Shown here in pieces: positions 61,498 through 64,000 of a DNA stretch of 64,000 nucleotides. Each line of letters starts with the position of its first letter. Positions within the stretch are counted from its first letter, which is position 1. The notes under the pieces are model-generated. The model did not search any database, had not been told where the DNA came from, and saw nothing but the letters and a program-made list of their open reading frames with translations. Origin of the DNA: an uncultured Verrucomicrobiae bacterium (lineage in GTDB: Bacteria > Verrucomicrobiota > Verrucomicrobiia > Chthoniobacterales > UBA10450); the NCBI GenBank assembly GCA_963815455.1, contig CAWFGO010000001.1, positions 1,440,001 to 1,504,000 of the forward strand, read 5' to 3'. The position numbers were made by a program, and so were the translations under genes.

Positions 61498-63528
61498 ATG
61501 GCGGCAACGAACACATCATCCTCGCGCCCATCCTGGCAGCGCAATCCAGTCTTCAAATTTTTTGCCTCGGTCAAGCTCGCGGTCGTTCTCCTCGCGGTCC
61601 TGATCGTCGCCGCGATTGCCGGCACGATTTACGAATCGAGCTTCGATGCGAAAGTCGCCCGCGCTTACATTTACGGCGCCCCCTGGTTTAATCTTTGGTT
61701 AATCTTGCTGGGCGCGAATCTCACGGTGTCGGCGTTGTCGCGCTGGCCATGGCGCAAACATCATGTCGCGTTTCTCATCACGCATCTCGGCATCATTACC
61801 TTGCTCGTCGGATCGCTCATCGGCCGGATTTGGGGCACCGAAGGCACGATCACGCTTTTCAAAGGCGAACCGCCTACTAACCGGCTCCTTGTCGATGAAC
61901 ATCAACTGCGCGTCCGTGACATCGACGGCATCGTCAAAGGTTACCCGGCGGAGTTTTTGCATCATCCGCCCAGCCCGGACCGTCCGCGCAACCTTGGGAC
62001 GCTGGCCAGCGGCGCGCGCCTGAGCATCATCGATTACGCGCCGGCAATTGAAGGGAAATTGAATCCGCGCCCGTTGCGCGAAGGTGGCGCACCGGCGCTG
62101 CATTTCACAATCTCGACCGCGATGATGGGCCAGCGGCTCGAGAGCTGGCTGCTGGCCGGCAATCCACAGCACGCAACTTTTTCGATGGGCCTGGCTAATA
62201 TCGAATTGAAACGCGGCAGTGCGCCGACAGCGGCTACCCAATCAGGTAGGGACGGCTCTCCGAGCCGTCCGACGACGAATGAATCAGATTCGAGCAAGGG
62301 CATGAGCATGAGCAAGAGTGAGGCGACAGATCTCGAGGAATCGATCTTTGCCTTCAGCAAGGCGCCGGAAGAACAAATCGGCCGCGTTGCCAAGGGCGGC
62401 AGCACCGGCGCCAAAGTGCGGCTCGAGCAGCAGGGAGATAAAGGCCGCGTGATAGTTTCGTTAGGCGGGAAGGACGCGAGCTTCGAGGTGAAAGAAAATC
62501 TCGGCCGCGATGTGCCGATCGAGGGCACGCCGTTCACGCTCAAGATCGACAATTACTGGCCCGATTTCCGGATTGCGGATGGAAAGCCGAGCTCGATCAG
62601 CGATCAGCCGAATAATCCTGCGGTTCTCGTGACTATTCGCGGAAAGGGTGTTCCGGCTGCGCCCCCGCCTGCCGTATCAAATCCGCACGGAACCGGTCAG
62701 GATCTTCCCACCACCGGCGGCCCGCCCACGATGCCTGCGCCCGGCCAGGAAGCGCCGAATCATCTCACGCTTTTTATCGCCGGCGACGGCGGAATTACTT
62801 ACGAATTGATTTCGCGCAAAGCCGGCAATTCCAGAGGCAAGATCGACATCGGCGCGCCGCTCGCCACCGGTTGGGCCGATTGGGCGCTGACCATCGACAA
62901 GACCATTCCGCACGCGGAGCAATGGATGGATTTTCTTCCGCCGGCCTCCACCGCGGTCACGGATAACCTCCCCGACGGCGTCCGAGTTGGCCTCGAGCAG
63001 AACGGAGAAAAATTCGAGCAATGGGTCCCGGCCGGCTGGCAGGTCACCATGCCCACTTCGCCTGACGAGACGCAAATCACCTATGGCTATAAAACCATCC
63101 CGCTGCCGATCGGACTGGAGCTTCTCGATTTCGAAGTGAAACGAAACGAAGGCAGCGACAGCCCCGCGGGATTCAAAAGCACGGTGCGCGTTTCCACCGC
63201 CGACGGCGAAACCGCCACCGGGTCATGCTGGATGAACAATCCATTCAGTTTCCCCGGCCAATGGTGGCGGACCTGGACCGGTTTCACCTACAAACTTTCC
63301 CAAGCATCGTGGAATCCGGAAAATCTTGGACAAAGCACGGTGCAAATTCTGCGCGATCCGGGCTGGCTCTTTAAATGGATCGGCTCGCTCCTCATCGTCA
63401 CCGGCGTTTTCATGATGTTCTATCTCAAGCCGTACCGGAAACAAACAATCGGCAAACCGATTACACCAACCGCTTCAGTACCACCGAAGCGCAAGCGAGA
63501 GCAAGCGTTGGCCTCGGTCGAACATTGA
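61498..63528 (+). CDS. ResB-like cytochrome c biogenesis protein
   Basis: 'FFASVKLAV', 'ITHLG', 'MNNP', 'DPGW'; N- and C-terminal TM. Confidence 0.75.
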   Translation: MAATNTSSSRPSWQRNPVFKFFASVKLAVVLLAVLIVAAIAGTIYESSFDAKVARAYIYGAPWFNLWLILLGANLTVSALSRWPWRKHHVAFLITHLGIITLLVGSLIGRIWGTEGTITLFKGEPPTNRLLVDEHQLRVRDIDGIVKGYPAEFLHHPPSPDRPRNLGTLASGARLSIIDYAPAIEGKLNPRPLREGGAPALHFTISTAMMGQRLESWLLAGNPQHATFSMGLANIELKRGSAPTAATQSGRDGSPSRPTTNESDSSKGMSMSKSEATDLEESIFAFSKAPEEQIGRVAKGGSTGAKVRLEQQGDKGRVIVSLGGKDASFEVKENLGRDVPIEGTPFTLKIDNYWPDFRIADGKPSSISDQPNNPAVLVTIRGKGVPAAPPPAVSNPHGTGQDLPTTGGPPTMPAPGQEAPNHLTLFIAGDGGITYELISRKAGNSRGKIDIGAPLATGWADWALTIDKTIPHAEQWMDFLPPASTAVTDNLPDGVRVGLEQNGEKFEQWVPAGWQVTMPTSPDETQITYGYKTIPLPIGLELLDFEVKRNEGSDSPAGFKSTVRVSTADGETATGSCWMNNPFSFPGQWWRTWTGFTYKLSQASWNPENLGQSTVQILRDPGWLFKWIGSLLIVTGVFMMFYLKPYRKQTIGKPITPTASVPPKRKREQALASVEH

Positions 63529-63587
63529 CGCGCAGAGGAATGACGAAGCACGAATACCGAATGTCGAAGGAATTCCGAATGATTCTC

Positions 63588-64000
63588 ATGAAGCCGAAAC
63601 GGTTGCCAAACACATCCGTGTTGTTCATTGCCATGTTCTTGATCGCAGCCTGCGGCTCGACGAAAAAGCCGGCCTGGCTTTTAGCTGCGGAGCGCGGACC
63701 GAACAAATGGGGTTACTACAGCGGTTACGTCGAAGCGCGCTGGGAAATGGACGGGCGCACCATGACTTTGTTGCGCGATCTCAGTTACACCGATCCGCAG
63801 GGGATGGTCTGGACCGCGCCGGCCGGATCGAAGGTCGATGGCGCGTCCATTCCCAAATCGCTCTGGTCGATCATGGGTGGACCGTTCGAGGGCAAATACC
63901 GCAACGCATCGGTTCTACACGATGTCGCTTACGACCAACAAAAACTCCCTTGGCAGGATTGCGACCGGATGTTTTACAACGCCATGCGTTGCAGCGGCGT
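63588..64000 (+). CDS. DUF1353-like lipoprotein (runs off window)
   Basis: Hand-translated 'LIAAC', 'APAGSKVDGASIP', 'ASVLHD'. Confidence 0.8.
   Translation, partial: MKPKRLPNTSVLFIAMFLIAACGSTKKPAWLLAAERGPNKWGYYSGYVEARWEMDGRTMTLLRDLSYTDPQGMVWTAPAGSKVDGASIPKSLWSIMGGPFEGKYRNASVLHDVAYDQQKLPWQDCDRMFYNAMRCSG

Noticed and set aside
1..64000. tRNA/rRNA genes, prophage, group II intron
   Set aside because: No cloverleaf, rRNA-like, phage structural or reverse transcriptase motifs recognised by eye

Overview
GC-rich bacterial window, most consistent with a soil Verrucomicrobiota (Chthoniobacterales-like) genome. This taxonomy is inferred from gene content and repeat style only. Many single-base frameshifts in conserved genes look like long-read indel errors. 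Left to right: a glycosyltransferase/TPR/type IV pilin-like locus; uvrA; a complete phosphate/polyphosphate cluster (phoBR-pstSCAB-phoU-ppk1-ROK-sixA, CHAD, CYTH); carB; assorted enzymes; a ~16 kb chromosomal integron; then sodC, pdxH, a macrodomain gene and cytochrome c genes. The integron has intI co-oriented with, and upstream of, 26 cassettes and 25 recognisable attC sites. Main observations: (1) a 759-bp REP-flanked RAYT/Y1 transposase unit is inserted exactly in frame inside carB, with a matching non-autonomous REPIN nearby and other GTAG-REPs translated inside proteins; (2) 24 of 25 attC sites carry a start codon in frame with the TAG of their GTTAG core, forming a conserved mini-ORF that ends next to the next cassette's start, a possible attC-encoded translational relay; (3) two IS110/IS1111-type elements sit in attC sites, and each has a structured 3' non-coding region whose guide-position segment is the reverse complement of its own, different, attC insertion site; (4) a two-cassette block is duplicated as a unit around an attC with mismatched L boxes.
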